Source: a virus (lineage: Duplodnaviria > Caudoviricetes). From it: 55,667 bases of DNA. Shown one piece after another: positions 30,183-38,238 of the stretch. A program made the position numbers and the translations under genes. Each line of letters starts with the position of its first letter. Within the stretch, counting starts at the first letter, position 1. The notes beneath the pieces are model-generated. The model searched no databases, was not told the DNA's origin, and was given only the letters and a program-made list of their open reading frames with translations. The stretch lies in IMG/VR virus record IMGVR_UViG_3300009163_000042, positions 1 to 55,667 of that record. One strand, 5' to 3'.

Positions 30183-32029
30183 AAGCAATCTTAGAAAAAC
30201 AAACAGCTATTCTTGAAAGTGTCGAGAAGAATCTGACACAAGATAAATTAATCCAATTAAGCCAAGTTGCAGAACAAGCTAAGTTAGATCGAGATCTCAA
30301 TAAACAAGACAATATGATGAACTCCAATATGGAGAAAATCTATAAAGAGATGAAAGATCTAAACAAGGGATTAACTAAACGCGACAAAGAAATTCGTGGT
30401 AAGAAAGCTGAAGAAGTAACACAAAAAGCTGATAAGATAAAGACGTATGATACTATTGGAGATAAGTTCCAAGCAAAGAAAGAAAAGGCTAAAGATTTCT
30501 TTACAGCTCGTGGATTCTTAGATCAAACTGGAATAGCAAAACGTGGTGGTGCTGGAATGCTAAGTAAGATAGCAGATCGTGCTGAAGCTAAAAAAACTTT
30601 TGTTCAACAACAATTAGAAGTAACGAAGAACACCTTTGTTAAGGGATCTCCAGAAGAAAAGACTCGTGCTAAAGCTGCTGGTAAACAATTCGAACAATCG
30701 CAATCTCTTCTTAAAGAAAATAAAAAGAATGAGAGTAAGATTGAAAAAATGAAAGAAGGCGGTTGGGGCGAAGATCAAATTAAAAAGACTGGATTGCTTG
30801 ATACCCGTGAAGACTTAACATCAAAACTGAAAAAAGTCGATAAGAGATTTTCAGATGTCGGCAATGATAAAAAAGAAGAGCCAACTGCTAAACGTGCTTC
30901 TAATATCAGTGAAGAAAAGGGCAAAAAAGAAACTGTTAAACTTTCTAAGAAGAAAGAAGAATCGAAAGACACAAGTCAAGAATCAAATTTAGAATCTCAA
31001 CGTGCATTAGATCATCAGATTGAACTATTAGCTAAGATTGAAGAAAACACTCGCTCAGAAACTGGCGCTGAACCCTTGAAAGAACAAAAACCCAAAAGTA
31101 GTGGTGGTTTCTTAGATTCAATTATGAGTTTCCTCGGTGAAGGATTTATGAGTGCGATTAAGACTATGTTTAGTCCTAAAAACATACTTAAATTCTTGGG
31201 TAAAGCATTTGCAATCACTATGATTATTGGGTCATTAGTAAATGGTATTATGGATGGTTGGAAAGAATTTGCTGAAACCGGCGATATTGGTCAAGCTCTA
31301 ATCAAAGGTCTTGGCGGAGTTTTAGAATTCTTAACATTTGGACTATTTGATGCTAGCACAGTTCAAAACATTGTTGATAGTGTAAGCGAATTTGTTGACG
31401 AGTATATTATTCAGCCAGTAACTGCATTTACGGAAATGCTAGGTGAAGCATTTGACAAATATATTAAGACTCCATTTACAGAATTTATGGAACCTATTGG
31501 TGAATTATTTAACACTATTAAAGATGGTATTGAAAACACTATCACTGGATTCGTCAACGACTACATCATTCAACCAGTAACTGCATTTGCGCAATTGCTA
31601 GGTGAATCATTTGACAAATATATCAAACAGCCATTCACGCAATTTATGGAACCTATTGGTGCGTTCTTTAAAGCCATTAAAGATAGTGTTGTAAATTTTG
31701 TCACTGGATTTGAGATTCCAAAGGTCGCTTTTAAAATTCCTGTGATAGATAAAGAAGTTTCATTTGGCCCATTTAGACCATTTGGATCTGATGCTAAATC
31801 TTCTTCTTCTCCTGAAGCTCCTGCTGCAAAAGCAGCAAATGTTGTAACTGAAAAATCAGCATCTAATGCTGAAGCTGCAGGTAAACCTACTCAATCATCT
31901 GGAGCAGTAGTTGTTAATGCTCCAACCAATGTTAGCAATAGCAAGCAAAATATTACAATGCCAACGCCAGTTCGTAATAATGATAGTGGGTTCCAACGAT
32001 ACACTTCATCTCGCTTTATCTACGGATAA
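30179..32029 (+). CDS. tape-measure/hub protein (gp29-like)
   Basis: 616 aa; helical K/E-rich N-half, hydrophobic segment, amphipathic repeats, VVVNAPTNV C-terminus; directly after gp26/gp51. Confidence 0.7.
   Translation: MKAILEKQTAILESVEKNLTQDKLIQLSQVAEQAKLDRDLNKQDNMMNSNMEKIYKEMKDLNKGLTKRDKEIRGKKAEEVTQKADKIKTYDTIGDKFQAKKEKAKDFFTARGFLDQTGIAKRGGAGMLSKIADRAEAKKTFVQQQLEVTKNTFVKGSPEEKTRAKAAGKQFEQSQSLLKENKKNESKIEKMKEGGWGEDQIKKTGLLDTREDLTSKLKKVDKRFSDVGNDKKEEPTAKRASNISEEKGKKETVKLSKKKEESKDTSQESNLESQRALDHQIELLAKIEENTRSETGAEPLKEQKPKSSGGFLDSIMSFLGEGFMSAIKTMFSPKNILKFLGKAFAITMIIGSLVNGIMDGWKEFAETGDIGQALIKGLGGVLEFLTFGLFDASTVQNIVDSVSEFVDEYIIQPVTAFTEMLGEAFDKYIKTPFTEFMEPIGELFNTIKDGIENTITGFVNDYIIQPVTAFAQLLGESFDKYIKQPFTQFMEPIGAFFKAIKDSVVNFVTGFEIPKVAFKIPVIDKEVSFGPFRPFGSDAKSSSSPEAPAAKAANVVTEKSASNAEAAGKPTQSSGAVVVNAPTNVSNSKQNITMPTPVRNNDSGFQRYTSSRFIYG
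31385..31670 (+). repeat. imperfect internal duplication (159-bp/53-aa period) in the tape-measure gene
   Basis: FVDEYIIQPVTAFTEMLGEAFDKYIKTPFTEFMEPIG vs FVNDYIIQPVTAFAQLLGESFDKYIKQPFTQFMEPIG. Confidence 0.85.
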
Positions 32030-32052
32030 AAAAAGGAGGACCTAAGTCCTCC
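32028..32052 (-). terminator. Rho-independent terminator between the convergent gp32 and tape-measure genes
   Basis: Minus strand GGAGGAC-TTAG-GTCCTCC followed by T7. Confidence 0.85.
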
Positions 32053-32082
32053 CCACTATCTATCCACGCTTACGTAGATACA

Positions 32083-32982
32083 TCACTCTTCCATAGCAAT
32101 CTTTTTAAAGTAACTCATTGCCTCATCGTCTTCGCCACCAGTTGCGATTTTGACAGCTTTCAATTGAGTACGTGCTGGAGGTACGTACTCATCATCATTT
32201 GACATAGATGCTGCACTTGGAGATGGAGCTGCCATCTCACTATTCAAAACAGACACCATTTTACGTGAAAGTTCTTCATAAGTTTTAAAGTTCTTACGAT
32301 CTAAGAATTCGCTAAGCTTATATTGACTATTGACAATAGCCAAAATTTCGTCTTCGCTATCAGCGACAGCACTAGGTTCTTGGAATGCAGATTGATCGTA
32401 GTTAGGATAGCCATCAACCTTACGCATACGAAGTTTAAAATCAGCACCTTCCCAAAGATCAAAAACATTCACTGGAGTTTCATCTTCAAATGTAGGCTTC
32501 GCTTTATCCATAAGCTTATCAAAGATTTTCTTGCCAAACTTAAAGAGTTTAACCTTACCTTCATTTTCTGGATGCTTAGAATCAGAAACAATAAGAACAT
32601 TTGCGAAATAAGAAAGCTTACGCTTTTGCTTACGAGCAGTTTCCTTGTCAGCGTCAGAACCAGTGTTCCACAAACGTGAATTTAGTTCGCCAACTGGATC
32701 ATTTTCGCCAATTGTAGTTAGAGAGTTTTCGATGTACCATTTTCCAGTAGGACCTTGGAAACCGTGCGAGAAAATTTTAACCCAAGGTAGTTCATCACCT
32801 TCTGCACGTGGGAGGAATCGAATAGTTGCCGTACCATTACCAGCTTTGTCAGCTTCTAGCTTCCAAAAGCGATCGTCTTGGTAGGATTTGGTTTCAGATT
32901 GCGGATTAGCAATCTTGTCGAATTCAGCAGAGATTTTGCCGAAGTCTTGATTACGCATTTTACGAAGTGTATTAATATCCAT
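32083..32982 (-). CDS. gp32: single-stranded DNA-binding protein gp32
   Basis: DDRFWKL, GNGTATIRFLP, HGFQGPTGKWYIENSLTT, FKFGKKIFDK, acidic tail; start moved to MDINTLRK (AAGGAAA SD). Confidence 0.97.
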   Translation of the reverse strand: MDINTLRKMRNQDFGKISAEFDKIANPQSETKSYQDDRFWKLEADKAGNGTATIRFLPRAEGDELPWVKIFSHGFQGPTGKWYIENSLTTIGENDPVGELNSRLWNTGSDADKETARKQKRKLSYFANVLIVSDSKHPENEGKVKLFKFGKKIFDKLMDKAKPTFEDETPVNVFDLWEGADFKLRMRKVDGYPNYDQSAFQEPSAVADSEDEILAIVNSQYKLSEFLDRKNFKTYEELSRKMVSVLNSEMAAPSPSAASMSNDDEYVPPARTQLKAVKIATGGEDDEAMSYFKKIAMEE

Positions 32983-33205
32983 TTGTATTTCCTTTTTGTT
33001 TACGTTGTGTTTGCGAAGTATTGTCGTTATATTCATAATCTAAATCATCAGAATCTTCATACTCATCGTAATCATTTTCCTCTGACCAACTATTTATAAC
33101 GCGCATTCCTCTTCCGGGAATGTTTCTAGAATGTTTTACAGGTTTTATTTTGCGACGATCCTCTTCGTCATACTTATTAATAGTGCGGCCCATATTGAAG
33201 CTCAA
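32972..33205 (-). CDS. hypothetical basic/acidic small protein overlapping the gp32 start
   Basis: ORF coupled to the gp59 stop (ATGA). Confidence 0.55.
   Translation of the reverse strand: MSFNMGRTINKYDEEDRRKIKPVKHSRNIPGRGMRVINSWSEENDYDEYEDSDDLDYEYNDNTSQTQRKQKGNTNGY
33091..33098 (-). promoter_or_regulatory. late promoter TATAAATA upstream of gp32
   Basis: Perfect consensus about 110 nt upstream of gp32; T4 gene 32 also has late promoters. Confidence 0.5.
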
Positions 33206-33798
33206 AGAATTTCATTCCTAAAATTGTTATAGATTGATTGTATCTTAGTTTTGTCGTACTTTACAAATTTTTTTATCTTATTTAAAATTCTAAGTTGATC
33301 GCCCCAAACTAAAACTAGTGGCTCCCACTTCGGGAGAAAGTTTTCAAAATCATTTAGAATAACAATTGTTTCTAAATGAATATGACCTCCTACGTACATC
33401 TTAAGTAATTCTGGTACGTAGTTATCTATACAAAATAATTCTTCATATTTTTTATTGTTGTCTTCAATGTATTCACGAATATTATCTAATTGACGTTCAA
33501 ATATGTAGGAACGAGATTCTTTTCGTTTTTGCCACGTTTCATAGTTATCATCTGATTCACCAGAGTATATGACATTCTTATTTCCATAGCCAATATTAGA
33601 AACAAAATATTCAATCAGCTCTCTTGGAGTATTAAATTTGTTCCCAAGTTTCTCAAAGAGAAACCTATCATTACGCTTATCAAATGTTTCGCGTGAACCA
33701 CTTACTCTTCCATTCGTTTCAAACACGTCATATCGATCTGTGGTCAAATGCAATTTGATTGCCATAAAATACTTGTAAGTTTCAAAAGCACCGATCAT
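33202..33798 (-). CDS. gp59: helicase loader gp59
   Basis: FETYKYFMAIKLHLT...YDVF, FDKRNDRFLFEKL, IHLETIVIL; upstream of gp32. Confidence 0.9.
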   Translation of the reverse strand: MIGAFETYKYFMAIKLHLTTDRYDVFETNGRVSGSRETFDKRNDRFLFEKLGNKFNTPRELIEYFVSNIGYGNKNVIYSGESDDNYETWQKRKESRSYIFERQLDNIREYIEDNNKKYEELFCIDNYVPELLKMYVGGHIHLETIVILNDFENFLPKWEPLVLVWGDQLRILNKIKKFVKYDKTKIQSIYNNFRNEIL

Positions 33799-33962
33799 GC
33801 TTTCCAGTCTTTGATTGATATGAGACTAATAACCTGATCACAAATTCTATCATACCATTGTATAGCATCTTCTTCATAATCAAATCGAGGACTCAATTCA
33901 CTTCCATCCTCTTCGTCTATCCAATAATAAATTTGATTCACATCATCGATTGATAGTTTCAT
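33795..33962 (-). CDS. hypothetical protein
   Basis: Probable start MKLSIDDV; LSPRFDYEEDAIQW; coupled to neighbours. Confidence 0.6.
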   Translation of the reverse strand: MKLSIDDVNQIYYWIDEEDGSELSPRFDYEEDAIQWYDRICDQVISLISIKDWKA

Positions 33963-33963
33963 T

Positions 33964-34383
33964 TTATTTGTCCAGTTTTTCCACAATAACTTTATCGCCC
34001 ATATCGTCACCAAAAGACATATTCTTATGATGAACTTTCACTAAGCCTTTTCGCGATAATGATTCTATTGCAATAAGAGTTATGAGATGGTTAGTGCGCT
34101 GATGAATTGTATCTAATGTTCCAGATTCTAAACCTTCTGCTGCTGATAACATTTCTGCAATCAGGAGTAGTTCTTCGAAATGAGTGTGGTTCTGATCATT
34201 GCATACTTCAATCAATTCAGCTAAGGAAGCATCAGATAGACCAGCAATAAAATCACCGACTGGCATATATGGATTACTTAATAAATCAGCTGCAAGTAAT
34301 CTAGTAACTGGAAGCATATCCTTTTGATCTAGAACTTTAGCATAGTTTATATGAAATGTAGTATCTTTATCTTCTTCATTCAT
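33964..34383 (-). CDS. hypothetical protein
   Basis: 139-aa ORF in a tightly packed operon. Confidence 0.7.
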   Translation of the reverse strand: MNEEDKDTTFHINYAKVLDQKDMLPVTRLLAADLLSNPYMPVGDFIAGLSDASLAELIEVCNDQNHTHFEELLLIAEMLSAAEGLESGTLDTIHQRTNHLITLIAIESLSRKGLVKVHHKNMSFGDDMGDKVIVEKLDK

Positions 34384-34624
34384 TCCAATTCTCCGTTTGT
34401 ATGAATTTCTTTTCTTGTATGGTTACTTCTTTAAATATTTTTCGAGGACTAGAACACATTACACACTTCGGGTTTCCGCAATCTAGTGCATGATGTTTAT
34501 GCAATTTATGGGGTTCTTTAATAGGAACTCCATGTGCTTTAGCAATCTTCATCTGTTTGGCAATTGCCGATTCTTCTTGATGAAGACGTTTGCTATGCTT
34601 TTCTTTTGAAAATTCGTCACTCAT
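34376..34624 (-). CDS. hypothetical protein with CGNPKCVMC metal-binding motif
   Basis: HKHHALDCGNPKCVMCSSPRK. Confidence 0.7.
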   Translation of the reverse strand: MSDEFSKEKHSKRLHQEESAIAKQMKIAKAHGVPIKEPHKLHKHHALDCGNPKCVMCSSPRKIFKEVTIQEKKFIQTENWNE

Positions 34625-34632
34625 ATTATTTT

Positions 34633-34848
34633 CTAAACGTCTAAAGCTGCTTGCTTGGGTAATAGGTTTGCCTCTCGCATATCTCTTTCTATTTTATCCT
34701 TAAGTGTTTTATTAATAAGACTCTTGATATCATCTGGTTCTAGAAAATTCTCTTCACAATACTTTAATACTGCGTCCATATGAGAGATACGATGTTTCTT
34801 TGATAAGTCTTCTATATGAAGAGAAAATGCTGATGCGCCTTTGAACAT
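34633..34848 (-). CDS. gp33: late-transcription coactivator gp33
   Basis: FSLHIE, SHMDAVLKYCEEN, LINKTLKDKIE...NLL; near gp59/gp32. Confidence 0.88.
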   Translation of the reverse strand: MFKGASAFSLHIEDLSKKHRISHMDAVLKYCEENFLEPDDIKSLINKTLKDKIERDMREANLLPKQAALDV

Positions 34849-35115
34849 TTAAGCCTTTTTTAAGTAATATTCTGCTGTTCTAATTGTTTGGCTGATATCG
34901 CTATATTCTTCATGTTTAATATGATAAAGCTTCCACAATGGATCTTGTCTAGTTGATTTAGACATTTTTTCATCAAACATATCTAAGTATTTGTTAAACC
35001 AACGATCGAGCTTAGATCGAGAATTTACAAGTTCGACATAAATTCCATATAGCTTATCATAATCATTAAATGTATGTGCTATTACGATATCTGATTCAGT
35101 TTGTTTGCGATTCAT
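34849..35115 (-). CDS. hypothetical protein
   Basis: 88-aa ORF just below a sigma70-type promoter. Confidence 0.7.
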   Translation of the reverse strand: MNRKQTESDIVIAHTFNDYDKLYGIYVELVNSRSKLDRWFNKYLDMFDEKMSKSTRQDPLWKLYHIKHEEYSDISQTIRTAEYYLKKA

Positions 35116-35120
35116 AGTTT

Positions 35121-35149
35121 ATTATATACCATTCATGTTTAAAAGTAAA
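35121..35149 (-). promoter_or_regulatory. sigma70-type early/middle promoter
   Basis: TTTACT-N17-TATAAT. Confidence 0.7.
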
Positions 35150-35485
35150 TTAACCTCGGCGCATGCGCGCCATTTCTTTAGCTTCATCAGTGCTAAACAC
35201 TGGTACTGCATTTGATTTATGTAGAGTACCAATACCTAACATTTTATCGCCAGTGTATTGCATACGTGGCTTTGAAGAAGCAACTCCATCGCCAGTATTC
35301 AAACTTGGAATCTTAGGTGTTTCACGAACAAATGGTTTTGAAACTATAAGTGAAGACACTATAGCGCCGCTAAGCTTTTTAGTAGGAGCATATTTTTTTA
35401 CAAGAGCATCCCATTCAGCAGCAAGTTCGCGCTGTTTAGCATTTGGCTTTTGGGGTTTACGTTTTGGAATAGAAGTATAAATCAT
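35150..35485 (-). CDS. conserved T4-like hypothetical protein
   Basis: YTGDKMLGIGTLHKSNAVPVFS...MARMRR. Confidence 0.8.
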   Translation of the reverse strand: MIYTSIPKRKPQKPNAKQRELAAEWDALVKKYAPTKKLSGAIVSSLIVSKPFVRETPKIPSLNTGDGVASSKPRMQYTGDKMLGIGTLHKSNAVPVFSTDEAKEMARMRRG

Positions 35486-35709
35486 CGAATGAGTTCCTGT
35501 ATAGTATACTTGGCTTCAGACACTGAACGACATACATCACCATTTACAGTAATGTGTTTAAAGTGTTTTATTTTTACTTCAAATTCTGGGACACGCAGAG
35601 TTACGAATTCTGGAGATCTGATTTTTTCGACACGGTTACCCGTAGCAAAAAAGAGGGTTTCGCGTAGTTCGTCACCAGCGATTTTTCGTTGAAATTGTAC
35701 ATTTACCAT
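35482..35709 (-). CDS. hypothetical protein
   Basis: Start moved to MVNVQFQRK; the track start lies inside the promoter. Confidence 0.65.
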   Translation of the reverse strand: MVNVQFQRKIAGDELRETLFFATGNRVEKIRSPEFVTLRVPEFEVKIKHFKHITVNGDVCRSVSEAKYTIQELIR

Positions 35710-35715
35710 AGGTAT

Positions 35716-35744
35716 ATTATACCACAATTACGAATTAATGTAAA
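35716..35744 (-). promoter_or_regulatory. sigma70-type promoter with conserved spacer
   Basis: TTTACA-TTAATTCGT-AATTGTGG-TATAAT. Confidence 0.85.
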
Positions 35745-35754
35745 CAGTTATTTT

Positions 35755-35829
35755 TGGTCCGGCGTAGAGGAATCGAACCTCTATAATGACTTTAGAAGAA
35801 TCATGTCCTATCCGTTGAACGAACGCCAG
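35755..35829 (-). tRNA. tRNA-Arg (anticodon UCU)
   Basis: CTGGCGT/ACGCCGG acceptor stem, GTTC-AACGGATA-GGAC D arm, TGATT-CT TCT AA-AGTCA anticodon arm, AGAGG-TTCGATT-CCTCT T arm, encoded CCA. Confidence 0.95.
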
Positions 35830-35837
35830 ATAGATCT

Positions 35838-35866
35838 ATTATATCAAATAGACGATTTATTGTACA
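35838..35866 (-). promoter_or_regulatory. promoter of tRNA-Arg(UCU)
   Basis: TGTACA-ATAAATCGT-CTATTTGA-TATAAT, 8 nt above the tRNA 5' end. Confidence 0.85.
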
Positions 35867-36486
35867 GGCTTTTTTCTTGCTTTTTTTACTGCTGGCTTTT
35901 TGGCTCTAGGCTTAGGCGTGGGCTTATTTGACATTTCTATCTTATTATTTAAACGTTTGACTACTTCTTCACCATCCATCCACATATCTTTATTTTCAAG
36001 CATAGCTTTTATCTCTACTTCTGTCATAAAGTCTTTATAGACTTCATTCATTAGACGCTCTGACCATTTACGTTCATGCTTAAGTTGATCTATCATTTCT
36101 CCACCTTTTCCAAATACTCCACCAGAATAATTGTGGAACATAAAGATAGAATGAGGAGTAACCTCAAATTTATGGCCGCATAAAAAAATCATAGTTGCAG
36201 CTGACATGCATGCACCTTCTACTGAACATACTACAGTAGCTTGGGTATCCGCAAGAACTCTCATAAATTGTATTGCAGTAAAAAGATCTCCGCCCGGACT
36301 ATTGATATAAATCTTAATTAAATCTGTCTCGTCAGCATGTCGAATAGTATCAAACCATTCAACATAATTATCTGCAGTATCAATCTCTTCCGTCAAATAA
36401 AATTCATAAAGATTAGCGATTGGTTTACCCGGAAAAAATCCATTCGAGTGAACTTTAGGTCTTCCAATTTCAAGTGTATCAGCCAT
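35857..36486 (-). CDS. clpP: ClpP-like serine protease
   Basis: IYINSPGG, GACMSAA (nucleophile Ser), FMFHN, KDMWM; basic C-terminal tail; start 36486 (GGAG SD) or 36498. Confidence 0.85.
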   Translation of the reverse strand: MADTLEIGRPKVHSNGFFPGKPIANLYEFYLTEEIDTADNYVEWFDTIRHADETDLIKIYINSPGGDLFTAIQFMRVLADTQATVVCSVEGACMSAATMIFLCGHKFEVTPHSIFMFHNYSGGVFGKGGEMIDQLKHERKWSERLMNEVYKDFMTEVEIKAMLENKDMWMDGEEVVKRLNNKIEMSNKPTPKPRAKKPAVKKARKKPVQ

Positions 36487-36507
36487 TATATCTCCCATTA
36501 ATATACA

Positions 36508-36536
36508 ATTATATATCGATCACGAATTAATGTAAA
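36508..36536 (-). promoter_or_regulatory. promoter of the clpP-like gene
   Basis: TTTACA-TTAATTCGT-GATCGATA-TATAAT. Confidence 0.85.
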
Positions 36537-36538
36537 AA

Positions 36539-36781
36539 TTATTTACTGGAAACTGGAGTTCTTGTTGAAAATGAATATGCTACACACACTGCGTCATCTG
36601 TTTTTGCGTAAGAGCAACGCACTGACATTGGATTAATTCCAGATGAAATAGCATCTTTTATATTAGACGCCATTAAATTTCTATCATTAACATGATAATG
36701 AGTAAAACCACCAATTCCAATAATCACAATCAGTGATACACATATAACAAAGATCGAATCAATTTTAAAAAAATCTTTCAT
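36539..36781 (-). CDS. single-TM membrane protein with a Cys pair
   Basis: N-terminal hydrophobic helix; GINPMSVRCSY...CVAY. Confidence 0.7.
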   Translation of the reverse strand: MKDFFKIDSIFVICVSLIVIIGIGGFTHYHVNDRNLMASNIKDAISSGINPMSVRCSYAKTDDAVCVAYSFSTRTPVSSK

Positions 36782-37329
36782 ATTTCTCTATCTTTCTTTA
36801 TGTAAAAAATATGTCTTCCAATCGTAGCAGTATGTTCTACATTCTTCCATCTTGGATTGACGTAATCGGCATGATAAAATAACGCTCCATTAGTTGGATC
36901 GCTAATTCTTTCATAATTAACATATACGAAAGAAGCAATGCTAAGAATATTCTCATAGACGTTATCTCTTCTTTCATGAAGCGCATTGCTTAAAAACATT
37001 TGCTTTTGTTTTTCCTGACAATACCAAGAAAATTGGCATGTAGTATGAGTCTTCTGTGTAACTACATCGCAAATAGAACTTGGAAAGTTTGAAGATTTAG
37101 TTCTATTTAAAGTCACAAATGCTACTGCAACTTTACCAACATCTGGTTCATACGCAGATTCGTAATAAATGTTTTCAGCAAGACATCTCACTTGTTTTTG
37201 GACAGAAGGCGTGAATGAATCGAATGATACTTGAATTTCATTTGATTGTTCATGCTGAATAAAGTAATTATACATTACTGCAATGAATGGCATTAATACC
37301 AAAGACAACAGTATTAGTCTTTTCTTCAT
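36778..37329 (-). CDS. cell-wall hydrolase, SleB/Hydrolase_2 family
   Basis: CLAENIYYES, GKVAVAFVTLNR, FPSSICDVV, CQFSW, DPTNGALFYHADYVNPRW, IGRHIFY; N-terminal TM/signal. Confidence 0.92.
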   Translation of the reverse strand: MKKRLILLSLVLMPFIAVMYNYFIQHEQSNEIQVSFDSFTPSVQKQVRCLAENIYYESAYEPDVGKVAVAFVTLNRTKSSNFPSSICDVVTQKTHTTCQFSWYCQEKQKQMFLSNALHERRDNVYENILSIASFVYVNYERISDPTNGALFYHADYVNPRWKNVEHTATIGRHIFYIKKDREI

Positions 37330-37349
37330 TAGATCTCCTTATTAATAAG

Positions 37350-37372
37350 GAGAGACGGCGATGCCGTCTCTC
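37350..37372 (-). terminator. GC-rich hairpin (terminator-like) after the 91-aa gene
   Basis: GAGAGACGGC-ATC-GCCGTCTCTC followed by CTTATT (weak U tract). Confidence 0.6.
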
Positions 37373-37382
37373 TAATCCCAGA

Positions 37383-37658
37383 TTAGGTCGACTTTTTGCT
37401 AGTCTTTATATCTTGTTGCGGGATGTTTGAAACGAAACCATTTAAGACTTGTGCCTTTGTAATGATGTCGGTTTCGACAGGATAAGCAGGGAATCCTGGA
37501 TGATCAGGAATCGTGCCTCCATTGATTTTAGCAGATTCGACTTTAGTTTGCCAGTCGTTGCTAATTACTTCACGCTTACCGTAATATTCCTCGGAAAGCA
37601 TATCCTTCGCCATTTTTAAAAGTTCTAGGCGAATCTCGAACGGGGTTAAATTACTCAT
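37383..37658 (-). CDS. conserved phage hypothetical protein
   Basis: MSNLTPFEIRLELLKMAKDML...IITKAQVLNGFVS; strong AAGGAG SD. Confidence 0.85.
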   Translation of the reverse strand: MSNLTPFEIRLELLKMAKDMLSEEYYGKREVISNDWQTKVESAKINGGTIPDHPGFPAYPVETDIITKAQVLNGFVSNIPQQDIKTSKKST

Positions 37659-37690
37659 GTTTACTCCTTGTGTGTTATGAGTTGTGTGTA

Positions 37691-37718
37691 TGGTGATTTT
37701 GTAAGGTTCACCAACCTT
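37691..37718 (-). promoter_or_regulatory. H-type RNA pseudoknot in a 5' leader
   Basis: AAGG-T-TGGTGA-A-CCTT-ACAAAA-TCACCA: S1 AAGG/CCTT, S2 TGGTGA/TCACCA. Confidence 0.6.
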
Positions 37719-37722
37719 CTAT

Positions 37723-37730
37723 TATTTATT
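37723..37730 (-). promoter_or_regulatory. late promoter-like element (AATAAATA)
   Basis: Near-consensus element 4 nt upstream of the pseudoknot. Confidence 0.55.
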
Positions 37731-37733
37731 AGA

Positions 37734-38168
37734 TTAGAATTTTACAGCTAAACCCAAAGATCCAGTATTACCATTGTATTGGTTAATTCTATCTTGACCA
37801 TAGAAGCGCTCTACGCCTGCAATAAGATCTACACTCTTATTAAGAGCGAGTGTTGCCTTACCACCGACAGTAACACCATAGCCATTAGTCTTATCTGCTG
37901 CTACTAGCGTATCTTGATATACCAGTGAGCCGCCAGCGCTAAATACTACTGGTCCTAATTTAGTAATTTCAAACTGTTTGCCAACTGCATAGCGATTATA
38001 GCGATCTTCGATACGAGTATAGCTTAAACCAATTCCCTGATAAGTAGTGCCAATACGTACGCCAGACTTATCAGTTCCAGTGTAATCAGTTACACCAGAA
38101 ACTGTAACTTCTGCTGCGCTGGCAGCAAGTGATAAAGTTGCCAAAACAGCAATTGTAAATTTCTTCAT
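37734..38168 (-). CDS. small outer-membrane beta-barrel protein (OmpA/Ail/Lom-like)
   Basis: Sec signal MKKFTIAVLATLSLAASA-A, alternating amphipathic strands, C-terminal BAM-type motif GLAVKF. Confidence 0.75.
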   Translation of the reverse strand: MKKFTIAVLATLSLAASAAEVTVSGVTDYTGTDKSGVRIGTTYQGIGLSYTRIEDRYNRYAVGKQFEITKLGPVVFSAGGSLVYQDTLVAADKTNGYGVTVGGKATLALNKSVDLIAGVERFYGQDRINQYNGNTGSLGLAVKF

Positions 38169-38192
38169 ATTTTCTCCAAAAGTTAAAACAAA

Positions 38193-38232
38193 TAGTAGGT
38201 TATTCTTTTAAGGAAACCTACTAAAACCTTAG
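38193..38232 (-). other. RNA pseudoknot, near copy of the tmRNA post-tag pseudoknot
   Basis: CTAAGGTTTTAGTAGGTTTCCTTAAAAGAATAACCTACTA: AAGG/CCTT and AGTAGGTT/AACCTACT. Confidence 0.7.
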
Positions 38233-38238
38233 AAAAGA

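Noticed and set aside
5290-33798. Introns, inteins or homing endonucleases in core genes
   Set aside because: Reading frames are continuous and I saw no LAGLIDADG, HNH, GIY-YIG or intein splice motifs. Extra length is explained by structural domains and repeats.
35689-35931. Track ORF 35689..35931(+)
   Set aside because: It is antisense to tRNA-Arg(UCU) and two promoters, so it is spurious.
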